A stretch of 63,513 nt of DNA, counting the filler, from Octopus bimaculoides (Eukaryota): assembly GCF_001194135.2 (NCBI RefSeq). It is 5 parts of 5 records of this genome, joined end to end, with 100 filler letters (N's around TTAATTAATTAA, not from the genome) between each part and the next. Parts side by side here need not be neighbours in the genome. Positions count along the whole stretch, not along the records: positions 1 to 20,761 come from NC_069000.1; positions 20,862 to 46,790 come from NC_068988.1; 3 more parts are not named here. One strand, 5' to 3'. A program made the translations under genes and the position numbers. Positions 12,779 through 24,139 of this stretch are shown in pieces. A model generated the notes under the pieces. It worked only from the letters and a program-made list of their open reading frames with translations, ran no database searches and was not told the origin of the DNA. Each line of letters begins with the position of its first letter. Position 1 is the first letter of the stretch.

Positions 12779-13242
12779 TAAGATGCAATGCTCTTTTATT
12801 TGAGTGCTTGTGTATCACCTTATAGCTTCATCTGAACTTCAAAGATGAAGCATAATTTTATTTGGGAAAGGATTTACATTTTTATATATTTACAGAAAGC
12901 ATTACCTTCCCATAAAGCATTAACATACATAGGAAACGAAGTATGGAATTTTAGGGGCAGTAGCCCCTCCCAGAATACGTAGACTTAGCTATGATTTTAT
13001 GTATAAAGATAGATATATGAAGAACTCCTATGTTAAGAGGTAAAAAGGAACATAGGCAAAAAAATCCCTGGGAGTAGAGATAGATAGAAAGTGACAGAAT
13101 CCAAAACAATAAGAGAAAAAGAGAAAAAGAATGTCTTTAGGAGGGTCAAAAAACTATTCTACATAAGGATCCTAGCCAGATTGATAATTAACTGGCCAAA
13201 GAAATGATTTACCAGGGAAATATATTACAGACAACAGCATGT

Positions 13243-13273
<31 letters not shown>

Positions 13274-13531
13274 CGTGCGTGCGTGTGTGTGCATGTGCAT
13301 GTGTTTGTGTGCGTGTATGTGTGTTGTGTGTGTTTGTGTTGTGTGTGTGTGTGTGTGCATGTATGTGTGTGTGTGTGGCATGGGTCNNNNNNNNNNNNNN
13401 NNNNNNNNNNNNNNNNNNNNNNNNNNNNNNNNNNNNNNNNNNNNNNNNNNNNNNNNNNNNNNNNNNNNNNNNNNNNNNNNNNNNNNNTGTGTGTGTGTGT
13501 GCGTGCGTGCGTGTGTGTACATATATATGTA

Positions 13532-13704
13532 CAGGGTTGCCCCAAAGTAGATTTACAGTTATTCAACTATCTCTTTCACATTCATATATTAAAAGTTTAG
13601 ATCTTACTTATAAGCTCCCTTTTAAGTTTGTAAAATAGAAATTTAAATGTAATAAAATGTTTTAAAAGAAATTTAAATTGTAAACCTACTTTTGGGCCAC
13701 CCTG
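13532..13704. mobile_element. Tc1/mariner MITE
   Basis: TA-CAGGGTTGCCCCAAAGTAGATTTACA ... TGTAAACCTACTTTTGGGCCACCCTG-TA: ~26-bp TIRs with TA TSD. Confidence 0.85.
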
Positions 13705-13719
13705 TATATACATATATAT

Positions 13720-14148
13720 ATATGTGATCATTGCCAGAGCAGCTGTCTGGCTTCCATGCCAGTGGCACGTAAATAGCACCATTTGAGCGTGATCGTTACC
13801 AGCATCGCCCTCCTGGCACTTGTGCCAGTGACACGTGAAAAAACATTTGAGCGAGATTGTTGCTAGTGCTGCTGAACTGGCTCCTTTGCAGGTGGCGCGT
13901 AAAATACACCATTTTCAGCATGGCCGTTGCCAGTACCGCCTGACTGGACTTCGTGCCAGTGGCACGTAAAAGCACCCACTACACTCTCAGAGTGGTTGGC
14001 ATTAGGAAGGGCATCCAGCTGTAGAAACACTGCCAAATCAGATTGGAGCCTGGTGTAGCCATCCGGTTCGCCAGTCCTCAGTCAAATTGTGCAACCCATG
14101 CTAGCATGGAAAGCGGACGTTAAACGGTCATCATGATGATGATGATGA
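13720..14148 (+). mobile_element. SINE family 'S3' with internal GGCACGTAAAA repeats and an RTE-type (GAT)n tail
   Basis: Tail GGCATTAGGAAGGGCATCCAGCTGTAGAAAC...CAACCCATGCTAGCATGGAAAGCGGACGTTAAAC(GAT)n; also at 19575-19720, 21180-21240, 27215-27390, 35750-35950 and 38215-38705. Confidence 0.75.
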
Positions 14149-14214
14149 TATATATATATATGTGTGTGTGTGTACGCACACATACGCACACACATATGCA
14201 CACACATACACATG

Positions 14215-14251
<37 letters not shown>

Positions 14252-14308
14252 AAATGGACAAATGGAAGTAGCACTCAGCACATATTGGAGGTCTATACAT
14301 TGAGTAAA

Positions 14309-14452
14309 AGGTTGCCTTAACTCCTCATGTTACTTAAATTTTTGTGGATATGCAAAAAAACACAACCAGCTCTTTTCTCCATATTCCATGGAATTGGTTA
14401 TGCTTTTTCACATCCATGAAACTTTAAGTAACATGAGGAGCTGAGTCAACCT
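14309..14452. mobile_element. Small MITE with ~30-bp imperfect TIRs
   Basis: AGGTTGCCTTAACTCCTCATGTTACTTAAA ... TTTAAGTAACATGAGGAGCTGAGTCAACCT. Confidence 0.7.
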
Positions 14453-14549
14453 GTTAATCAGTGTGTGTGTGTGTGTGTGCGTGTGTGTTTGTGTTTGTGT
14501 GTGTGTATTTAGCAATGTTTGTGAATCATTTGCCATCTTCTAATAGTTA

Positions 14550-14753
14550 TAAACAAACATGTAGTAAGAAGCTTGCCTCCCAACCACATGATTCCAGGTT
14601 CAGTCTCACTGCATGGCACCTTGGGCAAGTGTCTTCTACTATAGCTTCAAGCCATCCATAGCCTTGTGAGTGGATTTGGTAGGTGGAAACTGAAAGAAGC
14701 CCTTTATATATATAGCATGTATGTGAGTATCTCTGTGTGTGAGTACGTGTGTG

Positions 14754-14814
<61 letters not shown>

Positions 14815-15075
14815 GTGTTTGTGATTGTCCCCCACCACTACTTGACAATCGGTGTTGGTGTGTTTACATCCCCGTAACTTAGCAGTTCAGCACAAAGTAA
14901 CCAATAGAATCAGTACCAAGCTGCTTAAAAGAAGAGAGAAAAAGAAAGAAATACTGGGGTCAATTCATTGGAGGTCGATTCAATACTGGGGTGGATTCAA
15001 AGTTCTTCAAGGCAGTGCACCAGCATGGCCACAGTCTAATGACTGAAACAAGTAGAAGATAAAGGATAAAAGATA
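14550..15075 (+). mobile_element. S1 SINE with internal (TG)n, CpG-decayed
   Basis: Head, GCACCTTGGGCAAGTGTCTT core and CAGCATGGCCACAGTC..ATGACTGAAACAAGTA tail. Confidence 0.8.
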
Positions 15076-16236
15076 AAGCCTGTATTGAGCGTTCTTTATT
15101 TTTACTTGTTTCCAAAAGCATGTAGACATCAATACACACACACACACACACACACACATACACTCACAGAGTTACCCCCTCCTCACCAACACATTAATAC
15201 TCTTTTCCCTGTCACTCTCTGACTCCTCTTTTCAGCTTGTTTATTAATTTCATGATAACAGCTTTTTTTTATTGTCCTTGTTGAATACGGTTTGCTCTTT
15301 TTAAAGATATTTATGATTCACAATTTCTTAAAACGATTTTTATGATAATTTATTATTTTATATATATGCTGTTCTTTTTATTTATTTAGAATTTTATCAT
15401 TTTTTATAATATCATGCACCACCTATGGCTGATTCTGTATTTTTAATTTCTGAATTTTTTTCCCCTTTTAGCCAATTGGAAAGCATTAATAAATTTTAAT
15501 ATTTTATCTTTTTTTTATGAGATTTATAACCATGCATTTTTTAAAATAACTTTCATGGTTCTAAGAATATTTGAATATTTATAATTTCAATGATTATTTG
15601 TTTTTGTTTTTGTTTTTTTTTCATTCAGGTTTATTTTGTCTGTCTTTTTTTTTTTTTTGTCTTTTCAATGTTTTAGTTGTTGTTATCATTGCTTGACATA
15701 TAAATTTGACTAAAATATATTCTAATTGTCATATAGAAGCACATTTTGTGTGTTTCCAGGTGAAAGGCTGGGAATATCATACTGGACATGACTATTTCAG
15801 ATATTGACTGCATATATCGATAAAGGTCATTTCGTTATGTATGTGTGTGAGAGTGAGAGAGATAGTATAATGATATAAATCATTCATCATCACCATCATC
15901 ATCATCATAATCACCACCATCATCATCATCATCACAATGATTATCATTTTGACATCTGCTTTTTCATGCCTGCACAGGTGTTTATTGAGCCAGATTTTCT
16001 ATGCTCGTTTGCCCTTCTAATTGTCAACCCTCACTTGTTCCAAGGCAAGATATTTTTTCCCATGTCCAGATATGCTTTTGCAGAAAACTGGAAATTAATG
16101 ACACTGCTTCTATGATGGTGACACACATTTACATCTATCACATGACATCAAGACAAAGAGACACAAACGTACCCACATTCAAAACACACATTCAAACACA
16201 TACATACATACGTACGTACATACATACATACATACA

Positions 16237-16270
<34 letters not shown>

Positions 16271-16873
16271 ATGTACAATCAAATTTGCACAAAAACCTAG
16301 AAATACTTGGTCTCATGGAGAAAGAACAAAAGAAATCGATTCTATGAAATTGAACCTGACTCCATTGGCTAATATATTCCTAGAAACACTTTATTTGATA
16401 TACAGACTTGATTGGCAGGGATGGAATGTCTTGACTCACCATTTCTGTCAACCAAATTCCTTTCACATGATATTGGTCAACACGAGACTTGGTTATGGAT
16501 ATTTGCAATGGCATTGTAGTGAGACCTAGGATAGAAACCTCACATTTTTAGTTACCAGTTACAACCACATTCAGGTCAAGTAATTCTCCCTTATTACTGA
16601 CCAATCAGAAATATCACACCACACAAAAGAACTTTCTATGAACTTTCTATGAGTTTCTAGAGGTTTCCCATGCTTTTTGTGGTATTAAAATGAAAGCTCA
16701 CCAAGATCAACCCAGAGCACAGACCAGCATAGCAGAAGCAACTAGTCCTTACAACGTCGGCTTTCTTTTTACAGAATTTCAGTCCAGGGTAAAAAAAGTT
16801 CTTCAATAATGTCTATCAAACATTTTTCTTGTCTCTCAAGCAGCAATAACTTTTTCTGTTAGCAAAATTTGTT

Positions 16874-16961
16874 AGCTAAATTTGATTCTAGCTTTCTACA
16901 ATCCACTACTGGAAAACTTTCATGTATAAATGTAAATATTGTAACATCCTAAATAACAAAT
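16874..16961. repeat. Duplicated unique-looking segment, copy 2
   Basis: Near-identical to 12675-12761; interrupted a few bases later by a mariner MITE, after which TCAGTTAT similarity resumes at the same spacing. Confidence 0.95.
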
Positions 16962-16968
16962 AAATCTA

Positions 16969-17186
16969 CGAGTGGGTGCTGAACAGTTTCTGGCTTTAAG
17001 GGTATTACAAAAGCCTTGGCTGGAGGCCCAACCTTCCAAGTTTTTTTTACAGGGTTTAGAAAAACTGAAGGGCCACTGCAGTAAGTGTGTGAATCTGAGT
17101 GGGGAATATGTTGAATAAAATCATAATTAACTGATCCTCATGTATTTTCTTTTACTCAAAGCCAAGAACATTTCAGCACTTGCTCA
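16969..17186 (+). mobile_element. Non-autonomous mariner derivative (218 bp)
   Basis: TA-CGAGTGGGTGCTGAACAGTTTCTGGCTTT ... AAAGCCAAGAACATTTCAGCACTTGCTCA-TA. The interior retains a mariner C-terminus (GLEKLKGHCSKCVNLSGEYVE*). Confidence 0.8.
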
Positions 17187-17899
17187 TATCTCAGTTATGT
17201 GTCCACTTGGCTTGTTTTGGGGATGACACACCACCAACTAACACCAACTCAATGACCCATACAACCAAGCCTGACATAGTTTTGAAGTGAAATTCCCTAA
17301 TCACAAAGCTGTGCCTTTTATTGCCTTTCCTTCTTTTGTCTTATTTTCTAGCTTGGTATTTTTTTGTTCTTTCTTCCTTTTGTCTTTCCTTCTTTTCCTT
17401 TTTATTCATTTCCCTCTTTTCTTTTCTTTCATTTAGTCCTTATTTATTCTTTCCATCATTCTATCCACCCAGAATTCCTTCCTCTCTTCTGTCATACCAT
17501 CTTTCTCACCCATTTCATTCCATTATTTCTCCAATCCACTTCCTTTGGCTCTTTACATTATATTAATCAGATATAATTATTGGTGGTGCACTGGCAGAAT
17601 CAGTCATGCATCAGAAAGAAAGAAAAATACTTTGCAATGTTTCTTTATGCTCTGAGTTCAAATCTCACCAATGCTAACTATTCCTTTCAGAGTCAAGAAA
17701 ATAAAGTTTAATTCAGACATTGTGTCCAAATTAGAAGCTATTGTCATTGTTCATTACACAACGTGGATCTGAAATATTCATTTTGGTTTTTTTTTTCTTC
17801 AAACAGTCAAACTTTACAAAAAGGCCTTTGACAAAATATTTTGTCTAAAAAGGAAAACTTTAAAAGGACTCATATGTCCTGATTCTATCCATTTCAGGG

Positions 17900-19135
17900 A
17901 GTATACCATTTTTCTTTTTTACAGGATTGAAACCAATTCTCCAATGATAGATAGTATGACTTTCATCTTTGCTGATAAGCATTCTTGAAACATTTATTTT
18001 TAATTTAGTTCATTTTCAGATCTTTTCTACTTCTTTATCTGCAATGCTTTTTTTTTTTTTTTTTGAAGGGTTTGCAACATCCATTATGATGTTTTCTATT
18101 TTTTCCATGTTATATATAATTGATATTTTGTCTATGGTGTTCAATTATTCTTAGCATCTGTCAGTCAAAATCCCATAGAAGCTTCACCAGTTTCATTTTG
18201 GTACATATTTGTAACATTCTTCTGAAATGCTATCCATATCTTTTACAAAGTAACCCATACAAATTGTGACAGACCTTATTACGCCATCACTTGAATTCTT
18301 TCTAAGCTAATATTTTTACAACCTACCAACACACTCTAAGTATCACTCTTTAAGTTTCCATTTCAGAGCCATTCCCTTCCTGCATCATGATTTTTCATAT
18401 TCTTTGATTTTTCATATTTCTGTGGAACTATTTATGTTACTGCATTTCTTTTAGTACTTCCTTTCTTGAAAAGAAAATTATCCTACTTTGATATACATCT
18501 TTCTTCTTCATGCTAAACACAAGTCCTAGTTCTGTGACAGCATGTTTAAGTAGTTCTTCTTCCCTTTTTGTAAGACAGTAATTTACTGACCATTTGCTGT
18601 AGGTAACTGACAATCAGAAATGCCAATAAGTCCTTCCCATTCAACATACCATTCCATGTATAAATGAATGACATTTGTCTAATGCATCATCTTCAGTTTT
18701 TTTTCTCTCAGTTCCCTATTCCAGTATTATAAAATATGATAGCAACTGCCTGTGTATTGATCACATTAATCAAATCCCTTGAATTAAGTAGGGACCTCAG
18801 TACTCACTTTAATCTTTTCAAATATATTATTGTTTTCACTTTTTCTTCATATCTTTATCCATGATGCTATCAAGTTTCTGCATACCGAAATACATGTATC
18901 CATTTTCATCAGGTTCTAAGACTTGTACTTCCAATAAAACTATTCTATTATAAAGGGTTTCCCTCCCTCTCTTGGTGACTAAAGTAATACATTTTAATAC
19001 ACCAAATTCTATTTTAATATCACTGCAAAACATCTTTGCTGTTTTAACAAGTGAATTAATCAATCCTGTATTTCTGAATTTGAGAATATTTTGAAGTCAT
19101 TCCAAGAAGATACATCTCTCCCTTGTTTGTAGCCA
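17900..19135 (-). mobile_element. R4/Dong-like non-LTR retrotransposon 3' half (RT end plus REL endonuclease), family B, heavily decayed
   Basis: INSLVKTAKMFCSDIKIEFGVLKC...DENGYMYFG...IMDKDMKKK, then EEELLKHAV and IMDVANP...IADKEVEKI. Many stops and frameshifts. Confidence 0.75.
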
Positions 19136-19276
19136 ACGTAGGTAACACTGAGATAGATAACAAATAACAAAGGTTGGTAAAAGTTGTCTTGGAAGTCATC
19201 TTTTTTAATGGCATTTACTCATCATTCAGTTCATTTTCCAGTGTTTTGTACAAGCAGTGAGAAAGTTAATACAATG

Positions 19277-19380
19277 ATGATGATCATCATTATCACCGTC
19301 ATCATCATTGTCATCACCGTCATCATCATTGTCATCACCGTCATCATCATTGTCATCACCGTCATCATCATCATCATCGT
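19277..19380. repeat. 21-bp minisatellite (ATCATCATTGTCATCACCGTC)n
   Basis: About 4-5 tandem copies visible. Confidence 0.85.
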
Positions 19381-20394
19381 TATTATTATTATGAGTTTTT
19401 CTTCTTTCAATTTTGTTTCCATTTTTTGCTGAATGTCTTCCTGACTTCGAGGGCAAAGAAATTCACTGTATACATTGAAAGGCCATTAAACTAACCACAC
19501 CAGATTCTTCATTTTCAAAATGAAATGAAGTTATGTGAAAAAAATAAATTAAGTCCATGGGTGATAATTGTTCTCACATTAGGAAGGGTATCCAGCTGTA
19601 GAAACATTGCCAGACCAGATTGGAGCCTGGTGCAGCCTTCTGGCTCTCCAGACCTCAGTCAAACCATCCAACCCATGCCAGCAAGGAAAAAGGACGTTAA
19701 ACGATGATGATGAGGAGGAGGATAATATGACACAGTGTAGTAACAGAGCTGAAAGAGGAAGAATCCAACTGGAGACAGACAGAAAAGACAGCCCAGAGAA
19801 CAGTGAAGAAAAATCATGAATGGCCATGCTCCACCGGAAACGAATGGCTTAAGTGAATCAAAGCAATTATATGTATGAATATGTGCCCTTGTGGCAAATA
19901 AAGAAAGGCTTACTGCAATTATTTTCCTTCCTCTTTCCTTTCTCCCTTGTATTTAATCTGTCTTCTTCTTATTTTCCCTTCTTCTTCCTCCTTCTTAAAT
20001 GAAATATTTTAATTTCTTCTATTTTCCATTCGAATTCCAATTCCAATTTTTATATGTTACATTTTTCATGGAATGAGGGGAAAAATTAAATTTTTTTCAA
20101 ATATAATTTTGTAATACTTATATTTATTTTTTAGAAGGACCTTATACAGTACCAAAAAAAAATGGGTCAATTCTCCTGAAATAATATGTATTCAAATTTA
20201 TTTTGTTTGGTTTTGTATAGTTTTTATTACATTATGTTATTCATCTTCTCTTTCCTTTTACTTTCAAATTAGTGTGGTAAAGTTTATGTACAATCTGCAT
20301 TTTTCTTATTTTCCTTCTTCCTTGTACAAAATTTTTTTCTTCAGAAATTTCATAAAGATTCTTTTTTTTTTCATTTCTACATTAGCCTAGTCAC

Positions 20395-20761
20395 CCGTAT
20401 TACGAACCAGGTGATACACGAAGGAGTCATACCCTATGACTGGTGTAGCAGCATCATAGTCAACTGCTACAAAGGTAAAGGGGACGCTTTAGATACAAAT
20501 AATTACAGAGGCATCAAGCTGTTAGATCAGGTTATGAAAGTTACAGAGAGGGTCATAGCCCAACTAATTAGGGAGCGAATCAATTTAGATGAGATGCAGT
20601 TTGGGTTCGTGCCAGGTAAAAGCACTACTGATGCCTTATTTCTAGTGAGACAGTTGCAAGAGAAATACCTAGCCAAGGATAAACCTCTGTACCTGGCTTT
20701 CGTTGACATGGAGAAAGCCTTTGACAGGGTCCCCCGATCCCTTATCTGGTGGTCAATGAGG
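20395..20761 (+). mobile_element. RTE-clade LINE reverse-transcriptase fragment, uninterrupted (young), running into a gap
   Basis: WCSSIIVNCYKGKGDALDTNNYRGIKLL...EMQFGFVPGKSTTDALFLVRQLQEKY...LAFVDMEKAFDRVPRS: classic RT motifs, no stops. Confidence 0.95.
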
Positions 20762-20806
20762 NNNNNNNNNNNNNNNNNNNNNNNNNNNNNNNNNNNNNNN
20801 NNNNNT

Positions 20807-20818
20807 TAATTAATTAAN
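20807..20818. other. Artificial scaffold linker TTAATTAATTAA between N runs (also ~46835, ~58884, ~62043)
   Basis: The identical 12-mer, with stops in all six frames, always sits between N blocks. Confidence 0.9.
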
Positions 20819-20861
20819 NNNNNNNNNNNNNNNNNNNNNNNNNNNNNNNNNNNNNNNNNNN

Positions 20862-20932
20862 TATTCAGGTCACTACCTGGAATCGAACTCGGAATCTTGG
20901 GTTTGTAGCCCGCGCTCTTAACCACTACGCCA
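20862..20932 (-). mobile_element. tRNA-like Pol III head (SINE 5' end), left arm of an inverted pair
   Basis: Minus strand TGGCGTAGTGGTTAAGAGCGCGGG...GAGTTCGATTCC: A box and B box. Confidence 0.8.
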
Positions 20933-20940
20933 TATGCCTG

Positions 20941-21180
20941 TGGCGTAGTGGTTAAGAGTGCAGGCTACTAACCCCAAGATTCCGAGTTCGATTCCAGGCA
21001 GTGACCTGAATAATACTAATACTAATAATAATAATAATAATAATAATAATAGCAACAACATCGAAAAATATCTTAGGAATGAGAACCCAGTTTCGAAATT
21101 TCCCCAAGACACCTGATGAAGGCTGGAAAGTATATCAGCCGAAAGATTGCATTAACAACAAACAAGATGAGGAGAAATAA
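20941..21180 (+). mobile_element. Composite element: tRNA-like head, (AAT)n spacer, hammerhead-bearing tail
   Basis: A box TGGCGTAGTGG at 20941; B box GAGTTCGATTCC at ~20984; tail homologous to 43150-43383 (-). Confidence 0.7.
21108..21153 (+). ncRNA. Minimal type I hammerhead ribozyme motif (probably inactivated), copy A
   Basis: GACAC-CTGATGA-A-GGCTG-(10 nt)-CAGCC-GAAA-G-ATT-GCATT: conserved core boxes and a perfect 5-bp helix II; helix III absent. Confidence 0.7.
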
Positions 21181-23399
21181 CGTCCAACCCATGCCAGCAT
21201 GGAAGGCGGACATTAAATGATGATGACGATGACGACAATGATGTATATATTCTCAAAGTTTTTGAATGGCAGACATAATCCATTACTCAGTTTCATACTT
21301 CCACATAGTCCTTGGTTGCATTAAAGAAACTTCACTCCATTATCAACATTTAGGCTAGCTCTCTGGTTTGATGATGATTTCCACCACTCCTCCCATGGCT
21401 TTCAGCCTGAAAAAAACATTGGGTCATGAGAACCATGTTTCTCTCCCTGAGTAAGAAGTAAAAAAACAAAAATATCTACACATGGCTTATTGATCAGATA
21501 TTCAATACTAATTATTATTGCAGCTTTAAATCAGAGATATTACAGTAAGATCTACTACATAAGTCTTACTGATTGCATATACAACACAATATATTTCTGT
21601 TCTCTTAAATTATTTTCTTATTTTCTGTTGTGATACTTACCTTGAATAGCAGTCACATTCTAGAGTGATTTATATTGTCTATCATTGCTCCATATCTGTC
21701 ATATCTTTTCAAACTGCATTCTTGATAGAAGGATCAGAAACTTTTGATGTTCTTCGATTTCCAATTTCAGGGATTGATCCATGTTATGTGTATGTATACA
21801 CACACACACACACACGCATGCACACACACACACACACACGCACACACACACATTCACACATGTTCACATACACACATGCGCACACAAAGAGACATACACC
21901 ACACATTCTCTCACATTCACACACATACATGCATGTAAGCCAACCTACCTACCTACCTACCTACCTACCTACCTACCTACCTACCTACTTACCTACCTAC
22001 TTACCTACCTACCTATCTACCTACTTACATACATACATACATACATTCATTGGAAAATGGATGTGAAGTGATGACGATGACGAGGATGATGATGTCATAG
22101 GTGTGTGTGCTGTGTGTGAATGTGTGTATATATATATATATATATATCTTAACATATAAGTATATATGTGTGTTCATGTATGTATACATATAGTCTCACA
22201 CACACACATGCACACACAAACACACACACACACACACACACAGAGTCATAGACACACATGCACACACACATATATAAATCCTTCCATTTTGAGAAGCTTG
22301 TCAGGTGAAAGGAAGACAAAGGACTCTGGTCTATATATCTGCAAAAGAAGGAAACCTGCATAAAGCTTCCAAAAATTAAATAAGTATATTAAATCTTTTA
22401 CCAAAATATTAGATTTACTCTCTTAAAAGTAAGGACACTACCCAAAGTTTGGCATATTACCCAAAATGATAGTTTGCCATCCAAAATTTAAGCCTACCAA
22501 TCAACTTTAATCTTTCTAAGAAGTAATTAAGGCTTCATTAATAACGATACTAAATGTACTATTAATTATTATGATATTGATCTATTTCAACAATACTGAA
22601 GTTGGAACTTATAGTGAAATTTATATATCAACTATCTTTATTATTTCTATAACTAATTTAAAAGGTGACACAGGAATAAATGATTATTTTAATGTTCCTC
22701 AGTTATGCTATGCAATTGCATTTCAGTGATGTCAAGTGCAAGCTAACCTTCTTAATCTAGTAATCTCAAAAGAATTTTCAATCAGTTGAGTTACGTCCAA
22801 AATAATAAAAAATGTCATCAGCGTTAAGGAAACTTGTTGTCAAGTAAGGCAAGGGAAAGAACTCCATGATTAATGTTGATTAAAAATTAATCAAGTTATT
22901 AAGTGAAGAGTGAATCTGATCTTTGATGTCAACTCCAGACAGGTTTTGATCTTTTAAAATCTTCAACATGAAGCATAGATTAACATATAACTACCATACA
23001 TTACAATGACATAAGAGGACATAGATTTATGTATGAAAACTATTTACTGATTATGCTAATTACAATAATGGTACTGAAAAAATTTCCCTGAGTTAGCTGA
23101 GTTATTAGACTTACCACTCTGAATTAACCAGCCACTGAACTAATCAAAGCCCAGAACTCATCATCATCATTTCGTATTCATTTCTCATTCTAGTAAGGGT
23201 TAGATGTTTTGATAAGAATCAGAGGGCCAAACGTTGCTTCAGTGTCACAATTCTGGTTTGATCTCTCCAGCCCTTTCTAACACCAGAAAAAAGCTCCCAA
23301 CACAGCTCAGTGCATTGGGTACATTTTTTGTGGAACATGAACTCACAGGGTCGCCTTGAAACTTACAAGACTAAAGAACCCCTTCTACTGAGAGGGAGC

Positions 23400-24130
23400 A
23401 TAGGAGATAGGGTTGTCACTTCAGGCAAAGTATCAAAAGGTTAATGTATATTGAGGGAATCAGGAATATGTTTACTGGTTGTGGAAAAGATTTATGGCGA
23501 CTTTGTATTTTAAATGGGTGGATGAGGGAGCTGGAATGAGTCTCAAGCAGAAGTAAATATGGTGATGAGAAGATGCCTGAATATACCCTTGTAGAAATAG
23601 GTCCAAGCAATGTTTAGAAGAGAGTGTGAATTCAGAAGAATTAGAGTGAGGTGTGGCTAAGGTTGTAAGAATGTGGGAAGAGAGGGAAATGGATATAAAT
23701 ATTGACTGGAAGAAGTCAGATGTATGTGAAAATAGTGAAGAATGGGCAGACGGTGATGGTGGTAGAAAGGGGTAAATATCAGTGGGGTACAATAAGAAAG
23801 AAAGATGGATCCTGATTGGAAATGGTAAAGAGGAGAAGGAATGCTGTCTAAAAGCACAGAGATGGTATTGTATATTGTAGAAAGTTCTGCTTTGACTTCT
23901 TACAGCAACAGGATAATGCAATAGATAAGAGAGGGATGAATGAATAGTGACAGGGTGATGAAGGAGTGATATTTGAGGTTGAAAGTAATCCAGAGAATGG
24001 GAGATGGACACCAACAAAGGAAAGAAATTATTGATGATAAGAATGAAGAACAAATGTCAATAGGAAATGGATTGGGTGAAGGACTCAGTTGTCTGTGTGG
24101 GGGTAGGGAATTTAATTGTGTGCATTATGC
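23400..24130 (-). mobile_element. Possible ancient CR1/L2-type LINE 3' fragment
   Basis: Purine-skewed block. Minus-strand RTFYNIQYHL...SDFFQSIF loosely resembles the CR1/L2 C-terminal pattern. Weak. Confidence 0.3.
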
Positions 24131-24139
24131 TTTGAGAGC

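Noticed and set aside
15760-15826. Plus-strand exon VKGWEYHTGHDYFRY*
   Set aside because: Short, ends in a stop, no homology recognised, and on the opposite strand to the other candidates.
20862-21012. Functional tRNA genes
   Set aside because: A/B boxes are present, but the acceptor stem and cloverleaf are incomplete and the two copies differ in the anticodon loop; treated as SINE heads.
21621-21660. Strong minus-strand donor CAAG|GTAAGT near 21640, also one near 23114
   Set aside because: Upstream frames are closed except for ~20-nt micro-exons; cannot be supported without RNA data.
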